This document shows positions 28,388 to 35,786 of a stretch of 64,000 bases of DNA, piece after piece. Each line of letters opens with the position of its first letter. Position 1 is the first letter of the stretch. Below the pieces are notes generated by a model. The model ran no database searches. It was given only the letters and a program-made list of their open reading frames with translations, and was not told the DNA's origin. Position numbers and translations under genes: made by a program. Where the stretch lies: positions 1 to 64,000 of IMG/VR virus record IMGVR_UViG_3300045012_000053, one strand, 5' to 3'. The DNA is from a virus.

Positions 28388-28741
28388 ATGGCAGAGACAA
28401 AGAAGAGCACGCCCGGCGCGAGCGGCACATTCGAAAGCGGCGCGTGCGGTAGTCCGGAAGATTACAAGCCGACATACGGCGACCCGAAGGTCACTGCGGC
28501 GAACGACGTGGCCCTTCAAAAGGAACCGCGTTTCGGCGCGAAGCAGGGAATTCTAGAGACCCAGAAGGAAGTCGGCGGGCAGAGCTATCCGGGCCGCGCG
28601 ACTCCCCCAGTCCAGCAGGTAACAACTGCCAAGGAAGAGACTGGCACAACCGTAAAGTGTGTGAAGAGACAGACGGGCTTGAACCGCTATCCGATCAATG
28701 AGCACGAAGAGAAGCACAAGACTCACGGACCCAATAACTAA
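28388..28741 (+). CDS. Hypothetical protein
   Basis: GAGG RBS. Confidence 0.65.
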   Translation: MAETKKSTPGASGTFESGACGSPEDYKPTYGDPKVTAANDVALQKEPRFGAKQGILETQKEVGGQSYPGRATPPVQQVTTAKEETGTTVKCVKRQTGLNRYPINEHEEKHKTHGPNN

Positions 28742-28749
28742 GGAGCAAT

Positions 28750-28944
28750 ATGATTATCGCAATCGTAGCAGGCGTGGCAGTACTTGCCGCAGCCGGAATT
28801 TACGTGAAGAACCACGGCGTCGCGGCATCACTCGTGGCAGCGAAGGCCGAGATCGCAAAGATCGAAGCGGAAGTCGCGGCGGAAGAGCCAGTCGTGAAGG
28901 CGAAGGTTCTAGCAGTGATCGCGCGCTTGAAGGCGCTTCTATAA
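28750..28944 (+). CDS. Small membrane-anchored protein
   Basis: AAGGAG RBS; N-terminal hydrophobic helix. Confidence 0.7.
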   Translation: MIIAIVAGVAVLAAAGIYVKNHGVAASLVAAKAEIAKIEAEVAAEEPVVKAKVLAVIARLKALL

Positions 28945-28951
28945 ATAAGAC

Positions 28952-28980
28952 TTGACAAACGTCCCGACTTGTGGTAGGAT
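28952..28980 (+). promoter_or_regulatory. Promoter of the tRNA array
   Basis: TTGACA-17-TAGGAT with TG extension, just before the first tRNA. Confidence 0.85.
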
Positions 28981-28989
28981 GTTTGCAGT

Positions 28990-29065
28990 GGTGAGGTTAG
29001 TGTAGCGGTCAGCACGGGAGACTGTGAATCTCTCGGCACGGGTTCAAATCCCGTTGGGACCGCCA
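28990..29065 (+). tRNA. tRNA-His(GTG), poorly paired acceptor stem
   Basis: GGAGA-CTGTGAA-TCTCT; T arm ACGGG-TTCAAAT-CCCGT; CCA. Confidence 0.7.
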
Positions 29066-29187
29066 ATTTTACCGGAGTAACGCCCGGGTAGTAAAAGTTC
29101 TCGGACTTAAACCGAGTGGCTGTGACCTAGGACTCGAACCGAGCATCTGTCTCGTTAACAGTGAATCCCTAAAAGGAAACACTGAAA

Positions 29188-29580
29188 ATGAAATGTGCTT
29201 GGAGATGTTGCAGTGAAGAAGTTGTTGGTCGTAAGAACAAAAAATTTTGTACCAAGAATTGTTCTGTAAAACATCATGTTGCTCAGAATCGTACTCAGTA
29301 TAAGATTCGAGCAGTTAAGTTGTTTGGCGGTAAGTGCTCTCGATGCGGCTACAACAGATGTATTCGAGCACTTCAATTCCATCACGTTGACCCGACTTTG
29401 AAAAAGTTTGGCATAGCGGCGAAGGGATTTACGAGGTCTTGGGAGAAGTACAAAGAAGAATTATTTAAGTGCATTCTACTGTGTGCAAATTGTCATGCAG
29501 AAGAAGAGCACCGACTGCTAGGGTGTGGCTCAACTGGTACAGCAGACGACTGTTACTCGTCCAGTGCGAAAGCACATTGA
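29188..29580 (+). CDS. HNH endonuclease (3' end runs into tRNA-Asn)
   Basis: CSRCGY...LQFHHVDP...CILLCANCHAEE. Confidence 0.9.
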   Translation: MKCAWRCCSEEVVGRKNKKFCTKNCSVKHHVAQNRTQYKIRAVKLFGGKCSRCGYNRCIRALQFHHVDPTLKKFGIAAKGFTRSWEKYKEELFKCILLCANCHAEEEHRLLGCGSTGTADDCYSSSAKAH

Positions 29581-29606
29581 AGGTTCGAATCCTTCTGCCC
29601 TAGCCA
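29519..29606 (+). tRNA. tRNA-Asn(GTT) with long variable arm
   Basis: GACGA-CTGTTAC-TCGTC; variable hairpin GTGC-GAAA-GCAC; GCCA end. Confidence 0.8.
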
Positions 29607-29616
29607 ATTTTGTTGT

Positions 29617-29690
29617 CAGGTATTCTGATAGTGGTAGTCTACGTGCGTCGGAAGCATGAGGCCGTGGTTCGATTCCACGATTCCTGACCA
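29617..29690 (+). tRNA. tRNA-Pro(CGG)
   Basis: CGTGC-GTCGGAA-GCATG; T arm; ACCA. Confidence 0.75.
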
Positions 29691-29830
29691 GATGTTGCAA
29701 CAGAGAGTTAAACATCTCCGGGTAGCTTCCGTGACGTGGCCTCGTCGACTGGTAAGGGGCAAAACTCTCGCGGACCCAAAAATCCGCCAAAGCGCTTCTG
29801 GCGGGGCGCGTTGACAAATACCGCCCGGAT
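29691..29830 (+). ncRNA. Unclassified pseudoknotted RNA
   Basis: GATGTT/AACATC hairpin; loop GAGAGTT matches AACTCTC 29763-29769; TCCGGG/CCCGGA stem. Confidence 0.45.
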
Positions 29831-29836
29831 TTTTGT

Positions 29837-29919
29837 GCCCTGCTGGCGGAACTGGCAGACGCGGCGGTCTTAGAAACCGCTCCGAAAGGGTGTAGGTTCA
29901 AATCCTATGCGGGGTACCA
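29837..29919 (+). tRNA. tRNA-Leu(TAG)
   Basis: GCGGT-CTTAGAA-ACCGC; long variable arm; ACCA. Confidence 0.92.
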
Positions 29920-30002
29920 ATCTTATATAAGAGGCCATGGTAGACGGCTACGTCACTCGTCTTAAGCGAGAGGGCAACTGGAAAATAGTCGACCGAGACT
30001 TT

Positions 30003-30078
30003 GGTCCTGTCGTTCAATGGATAAGGACGCTGCACTTCTAAGGCAGCTATCTCGGTTCGAGTCCGAGTAGGACCCCCA
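30003..30078 (+). tRNA. tRNA-Arg(TCT)
   Basis: Loop CTTCTAA; cloverleaf; CCA. Confidence 0.9.
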
Positions 30079-30154
30079 ATCTTCGGTCGGTGTGGGATAC
30101 GTCACCGCTAAGTGCCGCGCTCGTTGTTCCTCGGCTCCGAACTCTAGTTTCAGT

Positions 30155-30230
30155 GGACTGTTCGTTCAAACGGATAGGACGTGGCCCTGCGAAGGCCGCA
30201 ATACAGGTTCGACTCCTGTACGGTCTACCA
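30155..30230 (+). tRNA. tRNA-Arg(GCG)
   Basis: Loop CTGCGAA; cloverleaf; ACCA. Confidence 0.88.
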
Positions 30231-30238
30231 TTTTCTGA

Positions 30239-30314
30239 GGGCTGTTCGTCTATCGGAAAAGACGCGGAGCTTCGAACTCCGAAAGCGTGGGTTCGATTCC
30301 CCGATGGCCTTCCA
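30239..30314 (+). tRNA. tRNA-Arg(TCG)
   Basis: CGGAG-CTTCGAA-CTCCG; TCCA. Confidence 0.85.
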
Positions 30315-30323
30315 TTTTTCTGT

Positions 30324-30409
30324 CGCCTGCTGGCTGGAATTGGCAGACGCGGCGCACTCAAAATGCGCTCCTTAACCGGGTACAGGTTCGAGTCCTGTGC
30401 GGGCGACCA
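30324..30409 (+). tRNA. tRNA-Leu(CAA)
   Basis: GCGCA-CTCAAAA-TGCGC; long variable arm. Confidence 0.9.
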
Positions 30410-30517
30410 AGTTTGACTAGCGCACGCAATTGTAAGCCGTGTGACGGTCCCTCGATGATGGAGTGCCGCTAATGCAGGCAATCCTATTAGGCGTGTGAAC
30501 GCAGTCGAGAAAAGTTT

Positions 30518-30603
30518 GCGCGTGTGGCGGAATGGCATACGCGGCGCACTTAAAACGCGCTACCCCTTTGGGTGTGAGGGTCCGACTCCCTCGACGCGCA
30601 CCA
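30518..30603 (+). tRNA. tRNA-Leu(TAA)
   Basis: Loop CTTAAAA; long variable arm; ACCA. Confidence 0.88.
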
Positions 30604-30608
30604 AGATC

Positions 30609-30683
30609 GCATGAGTAGCCAAGTGGTAAGGCGTTCGTCTGCAAAACGAATACACGCTGGTTCGATTCCAGCCTTGTGCTCCA
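30609..30683 (+). tRNA. tRNA-Cys(GCA)
   Basis: TTCGT-CTGCAAA-ACGAA; TCCA. Confidence 0.92.
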
Positions 30684-30756
30684 AGTTTGTCGGTCCCTAC
30701 ACGTTAGGCAAACCGAATCGTTCTGAGGCTCGGTCAACGAAAGACCGTCCATCTTT

Positions 30757-31070
30757 TTGGTAGCGTAGACGAACGCGGCGTAAGGAAGGCTCATAACCTG
30801 ACCCTTGTTTGCTACGCCGAGGAAGTTCAGACCACGCCTCAACACGTAACTGTGGAAGTTGCAGGCCGCGTAAGCGGACGGGTAAGGCCCGATGTATCGG
30901 TGAGAGCCATCACAAGGTGAGCGTAGATAGTCGATACCATTCAAGTCGGGGCACTCCCTTACGGTGCAAGTTCAAATAGGACCTGAGTGCTTGTTGAGCA
31001 TGCTGACGGTCGGGTTGAACGCTTAGAGGAATGTTCGTCCTCGACAGAAGTCTGGCTATAGCGCAACCAA
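30757..31070 (+). ncRNA. rnpB: RNase P RNA (compact; no P13/P14 or P18 seen)
   Basis: GAGGAAGTTCAGAC pairs with ACAGAAGTCTGGCT (P4 with bulged U); P1, P2, P3, P5-P9, P12, P15-P17 traceable; P6 CTCAACA/TGTTGAG; L15 GGU. Confidence 0.88.
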
Positions 31071-31080
31071 ATAATTTTTC

Positions 31081-31155
31081 GGGCTGCTAGTGTCAATGCA
31101 GCACAGCGGACTTTTAATCCGACGAGTGTTGGTCCAAGTCCAACGCGCTCCACCA
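31081..31155 (+). tRNA. tRNA-Lys(TTT)
   Basis: CGGA-CTTTTAA-TCCG; ACCA. Confidence 0.82.
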
Positions 31156-31242
31156 TCTTTACCGTGACGAGTAAATTAGCAGATACTCACGGCAAGACCC
31201 TGACGGTCTGTTGAACTTACTAGTCGGGGCACAATTTTCTGT

Positions 31243-31318
31243 AGCTTGTTAGCAAACTGGTCGTATGCGCCTCTCCTACAAAGAGGTGGGAAGAGTTCGA
31301 TTCTCTTACGAGCTACCA
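31243..31318 (+). tRNA. tRNA-Val(TAC)
   Basis: CCTCT-CCTACAA-AGAGG; ACCA. Confidence 0.85.
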
Positions 31319-31326
31319 ATTTCTGT

Positions 31327-31411
31327 GGGAGTAAGTTCGAGCGGAACGTGAACGGTCGCGCAAGGGTATACACCTACGCGGACAGCCGTGGTTAAAGTCC
31401 ACGTGCTCCCA
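31327..31411 (+). ncRNA. tRNA-like element without canonical anticodon arm
   Basis: GGGAGTA/TGCTCCC acceptor, GTTC/GAAC D stem, CGTGG-TTAAAGT-CCACG T arm, no CCA. Confidence 0.5.
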
Positions 31412-31417
31412 GACTTC

Positions 31418-31508
31418 TGTCGGTAGCATCAGCTATGCAGCGGACTCTTATAAAGTCCGAGCGCTAGATTGGCGCGCCGAGACGGGGCAGCACCGTCACC
31501 GACAACCA
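31418..31508 (+). tRNA. Atypical tRNA with TAT (Ile) anticodon
   Basis: TGTCGGT/ACCGACA + ACCA; GGACT-CTTATAA-AGTCC; long variable arm; T loop GGCAGCA. Confidence 0.6.
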
Positions 31509-31511
31509 GTT

Positions 31512-31584
31512 TACCGGGCGGTTCGATTCCGCCGTGCCTGACTCAGACTAGTCAACGGGTCAAAGCATGAAGTGGTTCCGGTAC
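31512..31584 (+). ncRNA. Permuted tRNA-like (Y-RNA-like?) element
   Basis: T arm GGCGG-TTCGATT-CCGCC near the 5' end, inside a TACCGG/CCGGTA stem. Confidence 0.4.
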
Positions 31585-31593
31585 AGTTTAAGT

Positions 31594-31669
31594 GGCGATG
31601 TCATCTAGTGACTCAGGATGCCTGCTTCTCAAGCAGGTCACGCGGGTTTGAATCCCGCCGACGCTACCA
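31594..31669 (+). tRNA. tRNA-Glu(CTC)
   Basis: CCTGC-TTCTCAA-GCAGG; ACCA. Confidence 0.85.
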
Positions 31670-31786
31670 ATTTTGACACCGTCTCAAATATAACGGACGG
31701 GCTAGCAGTATCGAAGTTTGCCGTAACAGGAATACTCCGAGTCCCGTAAGGGTCGGAGCCAACGAAGGAGCGGCAACAGTTTCAGC

Positions 31787-31862
31787 GGAGTTATCATCTA
31801 GTGGTCTAGGATGCAACCCTTTCAAGGTTGTCACATCGGTTCGAATCCGATTAGCTCTGCCA
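31787..31862 (+). tRNA. tRNA-Glu(TTC)
   Basis: CAACC-CTTTCAA-GGTTG; GCCA. Confidence 0.92.
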
Positions 31863-31871
31863 ATTTTCCGT

Positions 31872-31945
31872 GGGCTGTTAGTCTACCGGGATGACGGCTC
31901 GCTTGCACCGAGCAGGACGGGGTCCAATTCCCCGACGGTCCACCA
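31872..31945 (+). tRNA. tRNA-Ala(TGC)
   Basis: GCTCG-CTTGCAC-CGAGC; G3:U70; ACCA. Confidence 0.88.
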
Positions 31946-31954
31946 ATTTTCTGT

Positions 31955-32029
31955 AGTCATCTAGCACAATGGCGGTGCAGGCTCTTGATAGGGGCACGGT
32001 TGAAGGTTCAAGTCCTTCGGTGACTACCA
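31955..32029 (+). tRNA. tRNA-Ile(GAT)
   Basis: Loop TTGATAG; AGTCATC/GGTGACT; ACCA. Confidence 0.82.
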
Positions 32030-32119
32030 ATTTCGAACAGTCACGGGTTCCGCGTACGCGGATAAAGACTGAGACGGTGATGAAGTCCCGATAAGGCACC
32101 GATAAATTTCTGGTGACAC

Positions 32120-32362
32120 ATGACGATAGCAGATGCAGCTTCGGTTGCAGCACTGGCAGTCGATTTGATCGCCTTGTATTTTCTGATCGGCATTTGGAAA
32201 GATGACCGCGCGATGAGAATCGCGGCGGAAGAATCTTTGAAGGCCCAGTTGGAGTATCTGGGACTCAGACGTAAGTGGTACGAATCTAGGACCAAGAAGA
32301 AGGACAATGATAAAGCAGCTGAGCCTAGATCAGAGAATGGCGCTGGTGAGGACGGTTTGTAA
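32120..32362 (+). CDS. Small membrane protein
   Basis: N-terminal hydrophobic helix then charged helix. Confidence 0.6.
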   Translation: MTIADAASVAALAVDLIALYFLIGIWKDDRAMRIAAEESLKAQLEYLGLRRKWYESRTKKKDNDKAAEPRSENGAGEDGL

Positions 32363-32425
32363 CGTGCTCGCGGTCATCATCACCGCTGTATACGTTTTCT
32401 GGATGATGACAAAATAAATTTCTGT

Positions 32426-32514
32426 GCCGGGGTAGAGCCAGTGGTCGACGCCGGGGGTCTCATAAGCCCTCTTCCGAAAGGAACGCGTGGGTTCGAATCC
32501 CACCTCCGACACCA
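32426..32514 (+). tRNA. tRNA-Met/Ile2(CAT) with long variable arm
   Basis: GGGGT-CTCATAA-GCCCT; variable hairpin TTCC-GAAA-GGAA; ACCA. Confidence 0.8.
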
Positions 32515-32546
32515 GTTTTGTACGCCGAAGATGGCGAGGATGCAGT

Positions 32547-33110
32547 ATGTCATTACCTCTCATTTCTCAGCCGTCTAAAAACACCGCGATAGGCGTATTT
32601 GAGAATAACGGGAAAAGCGACATTTTTCAGATTGTCGGGCCAGACGGTGCTCTGCAAGTACACATGAATCATGACGGGTCCATTGACCCGCCAATTTATC
32701 CGCAGATTATCTCGGCACACGTCACGTCGGCTCAGTTGTTGGCTTTGAATACAACGTTCGTTCCGATTATTCCAGCGCCGGGACCGGGTCTCAGAATTTT
32801 GCCGCAGCAGTTCTCGGTAATTTATAATTTCGGCGGCACCCCATATACCGTAACGGGCGGCGATAACAATTTTTTCGCTATATGGCAAGGCCAAACAGAT
32901 TCCATGAACACAGCGTTAGGTGCTGTCCCAGACGTCGGTTTCCTAGACCAAGCGGTTTCTCAGATATTTATAACAGCGGCTGGCGCTATCGTAGCAACGC
33001 CTCTCGTGCAGTCGAACAACAAGGCTGTTGGGTTATTATCAAACGACATTTATACTTTAGGAAACGGAACTCTTGATATAACCATGTCCTACGTCATTTC
33101 AGCAGTATAA
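32547..33110 (+). CDS. Putative virion structural protein
   Basis: Beta-rich; DIFQIVGPDG..HMNHDGS resembles DLLQIVGLGG..NVDSNGT of the 36854 protein. Confidence 0.65.
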   Translation: MSLPLISQPSKNTAIGVFENNGKSDIFQIVGPDGALQVHMNHDGSIDPPIYPQIISAHVTSAQLLALNTTFVPIIPAPGPGLRILPQQFSVIYNFGGTPYTVTGGDNNFFAIWQGQTDSMNTALGAVPDVGFLDQAVSQIFITAAGAIVATPLVQSNNKAVGLLSNDIYTLGNGTLDITMSYVISAV

Positions 33111-33227
33111 TTTTACAATACCTCGAAGGCCCAACCCAAAAGAGGACCCATGAAGGAAAGAATAGAAAGGTTGGAAAATCACATCTGGTTTCACGATTCC
33201 TACAAACGTGAACTAAGGGAGATACTG

Positions 33228-33446
33228 ATGGCATTTGCAGACAGCATCGCAAAGTTGCAGGCAGACGTAGCAAAGTTGATCGCAGAGAACGGCCCGGGTG
33301 CAGTCGCGGCGGCAGTTGCAGCCAAGGACGCATCGGACGCAGCAGCGGTTGACGCAGTCGACGCAACAGTAGTAGCGGCACTTGCCCCGGCCCCAGCGGC
33401 TCCGGCAGCGCCAGCAGCAGCGGCCCCGGCAACTCCGGCGGCGTAA
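33228..33446 (+). CDS. Small Ala-rich protein
   Basis: GGAG RBS before ATG 33228. Confidence 0.6.
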   Translation: MAFADSIAKLQADVAKLIAENGPGAVAAAVAAKDASDAAAVDAVDATVVAALAPAPAAPAAPAAAAPATPAA

Positions 33447-33481
33447 CACTTCCCCGTCGTTAACTCGACGGGACATTTTGA

Positions 33482-33555
33482 GCGGGTGTGGTGTAATGGC
33501 AGCACCTCATCCTTCCAAGTTGAATGTGAGAGTTCGAATCTCTTCACCCGCTCCA
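33482..33555 (+). tRNA. tRNA-Gly(TCC)
   Basis: GCGGGTG/CACCCGC; loop CTTCCAA; TCCA. Confidence 0.92.
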
Positions 33556-33562
33556 AGTTTGT

Positions 33563-33636
33563 GCTTTGTTAGTTCAACGGCAGAACGCCGCATTGGTAAT
33601 GCGGAAGTAAAGGTTCAATTCCTTTACGAAGCTCCA
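33563..33636 (+). tRNA. tRNA-Thr(GGT)
   Basis: CCGCA-TTGGTAA-TGCGG. Confidence 0.9.
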
Positions 33637-33637
33637 C

Positions 33638-33713
33638 GCACTGGTCATACAGCGGCCTAGTATACCGAGCTTGTACCTCGGTCACGTTGGTTCAAATCCA
33701 ACTCGGTGCTCCA
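33638..33713 (+). tRNA. tRNA-Thr(TGT)
   Basis: CCGAG-CTTGTAC-CTCGG; 1-nt spacer from previous tRNA. Confidence 0.9.
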
Positions 33714-33722
33714 AGTTTCTGA

Positions 33723-33796
33723 GCGATGTTGGTATAGTGGTAGAACGGCACCTTGCCAAGGTGCAGGCGCGGTTTCGATTACCGCACGTCGCTCCA
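33723..33796 (+). tRNA. tRNA-Gly(GCC)
   Basis: GCACC-TTGCCAA-GGTGC; TCCA. Confidence 0.9.
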
Positions 33797-33902
33797 AGTT
33801 TTGTGTCGCGTCAAGTCCTTCGCCAGCTCCAACCAGTCCTAGACTGCCGGGTTGCAAGGCGCGGTAATCTCTGTGGTTCAGAGCAAACACAAGAATTTTT
33901 GA

Positions 33903-33976
33903 GCACCGCTGGTCCAGTGGCAGGACGCGCCCCTCGTAAGGCCGAAGCATAGGTTCGATTCCTGTGCAGTGCTCCA
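33903..33976 (+). tRNA. tRNA-Thr(CGT)
   Basis: Loop CTCGTAA; cloverleaf; TCCA. Confidence 0.85.
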
Positions 33977-33984
33977 AGTTTTGT

Positions 33985-34074
33985 GGATGAGCGGCGAAGT
34001 AGGAGTGTCGCGGCGGGCTGTAACCCCGTTGGGCCTTTGGTCCTCAGAGAGTTCGATTCCCTCCTTATCCACCA
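33985..34074 (+). tRNA. tRNA-Tyr(GTA)
   Basis: Loop CTGTAAC; long variable arm; ACCA. Confidence 0.88.
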
Positions 34075-34085
34075 AGTTCTTTTCT

Positions 34086-34257
34086 CTCGCGCCTGAAAAA
34101 CGTGAGGGACCATGACGCCGAACGGCAAGGCGCATCTAGTACGAGGTAGACTCGAAGGCGGCTTAGTCCGTACGTGCTGACCTAGATAGCATTCGTCCAT
34201 CGAGTCCACGTGTGAGTTCGAATCTCACTGGGAGCGGGTGATTTCAACGCGAGTCCA
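34086..34257 (+). ncRNA. Enlarged CCA-terminated tRNA mimic (about 170 nt)
   Basis: CTCGCG/CGCGAG + TCCA; D-like GCC-GAACGGCAA-GGC; T arm GTGAG-TTCGAAT-CTCAC; expanded anticodon domain. Confidence 0.55.
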
Positions 34258-34311
34258 AAGGGCTGTGGCACGGCCAGCCACGCGATGAAATAGGATGCTC
34301 AGATTTTCTAC

Positions 34312-34385
34312 AGGTTGCAAGTGTTACGGTAGCACATCCGGCTCCAACCCGGCGAGAGTGGGTTCAATTCCTACGCGGCCTGCCA
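34312..34385 (+). tRNA. tRNA-Trp(CCA)
   Basis: CCGG-CTCCAAC-CCGG; GCCA. Confidence 0.9.
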
Positions 34386-34404
34386 ATTTACCCTCGGGGA
34401 TTCG

Positions 34405-34824
34405 ATGGACGTTCTGCACAAGTTGTTGCTGACTGGTGAGATCACCACAGCGGTAATTTCTGGACTCATCGCAATCTCTGCGATCATGGGCTTTACGCGT
34501 GAGTTGCTTCACGGACCTGACCCGACGTGGCACCCTGATACAGACATTCCCGTTGCGATGGCAAAGGCCGCGAACGAAGGATGGGTTCACCGTCAACTCG
34601 TCGCATTCGACATCGCATTCAATGTCATCGTGCTTCGAGGCCAGCAGGATGAAACGATTTCTACTCACTCGTACCGCGCGATGCTGGAAGGTAAGACGTG
34701 GGGCAAGTTGATGTGCAAATGGCTCAACGGCTTCCAAGCCAATCACGGGCCGAAGGCAACCTCTGGCGATTACCAGCGCGCGTTAACACGAGTTCAGATG
34801 TTGAAGAAGGCCCTCGGGCTTTAA
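34405..34824 (+). CDS. Phage membrane protein
   Basis: Hydrophobic helix; DIAFNV..GQQDETISTH. Confidence 0.65.
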   Translation: MDVLHKLLLTGEITTAVISGLIAISAIMGFTRELLHGPDPTWHPDTDIPVAMAKAANEGWVHRQLVAFDIAFNVIVLRGQQDETISTHSYRAMLEGKTWGKLMCKWLNGFQANHGPKATSGDYQRALTRVQMLKKALGL

Positions 34825-34927
34825 GAGTTTAGGAGACGACAATGGTGATAGGAATTATGGTTCTCGTTGCCGCAGCTCTCGGATACGTCATCTATTTGGT
34901 TGTAACTGATTCAAGGTACGAAGAGTA

Positions 34928-35254
34928 ATGTGGCAGCTGACACTTCTCGCCATGACACCGCTGATCGTAGCGTGTCTCTTCCTGATCGGCGCTAGCGTCT
35001 TTGACGGCATCACAACCGTGAAGATGTTGAAGGCGGGCTATCACGAAAACAACCCGTTGTTTGGTAAGTACCCAAGCGCTCTCCGCGTGTTCCTAGAAGG
35101 CATGGGACTGATCGCGGGCGAGATCGCACTAGCGTTCCTCGCGAATCATTTTTCTTCCGACTTCGGTCTGCTGTTCGCAGCAACGTTTCTGATTCAAGGC
35201 GCGATTCACATTTACGACGGGCGTCACAATTTGAGTTTATCAGGAGTGAAATGA
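34928..35254 (+). CDS. DUF5658-like multi-pass membrane protein
   Basis: DGITT...GYHENNPL between hydrophobic helices. Confidence 0.65.
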   Translation: MWQLTLLAMTPLIVACLFLIGASVFDGITTVKMLKAGYHENNPLFGKYPSALRVFLEGMGLIAGEIALAFLANHFSSDFGLLFAATFLIQGAIHIYDGRHNLSLSGVK

Positions 35255-35592
35255 GCAATCTCGGCGGCTTCACAGACGCACAAACGTGGCAGGCAGCAGG
35301 ATGTGCGGCAGCATTCTTGGGCGCATACATGGCTGACCGTTACACCACGACAGTTGGACTGGCACACGGTTTGGTTGAAGGCAACCCATTGATGAAGTGG
35401 TTGAACTCCAAGATCAGCTTTTCTCTCGCGGCGTTTCTGGTCGGCGGCGCAATTCTGATCGGCGGCGCGGCGATGACCAACATCTCGGTTTACGCGGCAG
35501 ACGCTTTCTGGGGCATCATCGCAGTCGGCGAAGCTGTTACAGCGATTTTGAATTACAAGAAGTTGAAGGCTGCTAAGATCAGCCTGTTGTAA
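35251..35592 (+). CDS. DUF5658-like multi-pass membrane protein (tandem paralogue)
   Basis: DRYTT...GLVEGNPLM. Confidence 0.7.
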   Translation: MSNLGGFTDAQTWQAAGCAAAFLGAYMADRYTTTVGLAHGLVEGNPLMKWLNSKISFSLAAFLVGGAILIGGAAMTNISVYAADAFWGIIAVGEAVTAILNYKKLKAAKISLL

Positions 35593-35602
35593 AATTTTCA
35601 AC

Positions 35603-35688
35603 GGAACGGTGCCGAAACGGTAGCCGGACTGGTTTGCTAAACCAGCGTGTGAAAGCACGTGAAGGTTCGACTCCTTCTCGTTCCGCCA
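35603..35688 (+). tRNA. tRNA-Ser(GCT)
   Basis: CTGGT-TTGCTAA-ACCAG; long variable arm; GCCA. Confidence 0.9.
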
Positions 35689-35694
35689 AGTTTT

Positions 35695-35786
35695 GGAGTG
35701 CGGGGACCGATGGCGGTCAACTGTCTTGAAAACAGACCCTCGTTACTTTGTAGCGGGACAGAGTTCGATTCTCTGGCTCTCCTCCA
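35695..35786 (+). tRNA. tRNA-Ser(TGA)
   Basis: CTGT-CTTGAAA-ACAG; long variable arm. Confidence 0.85.

Noticed and set aside
29530-31373. ORFs listed across the tRNA/RNase P region (e.g. 30047-30538, 30417-30944)
   Set aside because: They are shadows of structured RNA genes with no protein motifs.
32070-32110. Hammerhead ribozyme (GTGATGA...GATAAA)
   Set aside because: Core deviates from CUGAUGA/GAAA and the three stems cannot be formed convincingly.
34086-34257. tmRNA
   Set aside because: Too short, no Ala-type acceptor and no tag reading frame.
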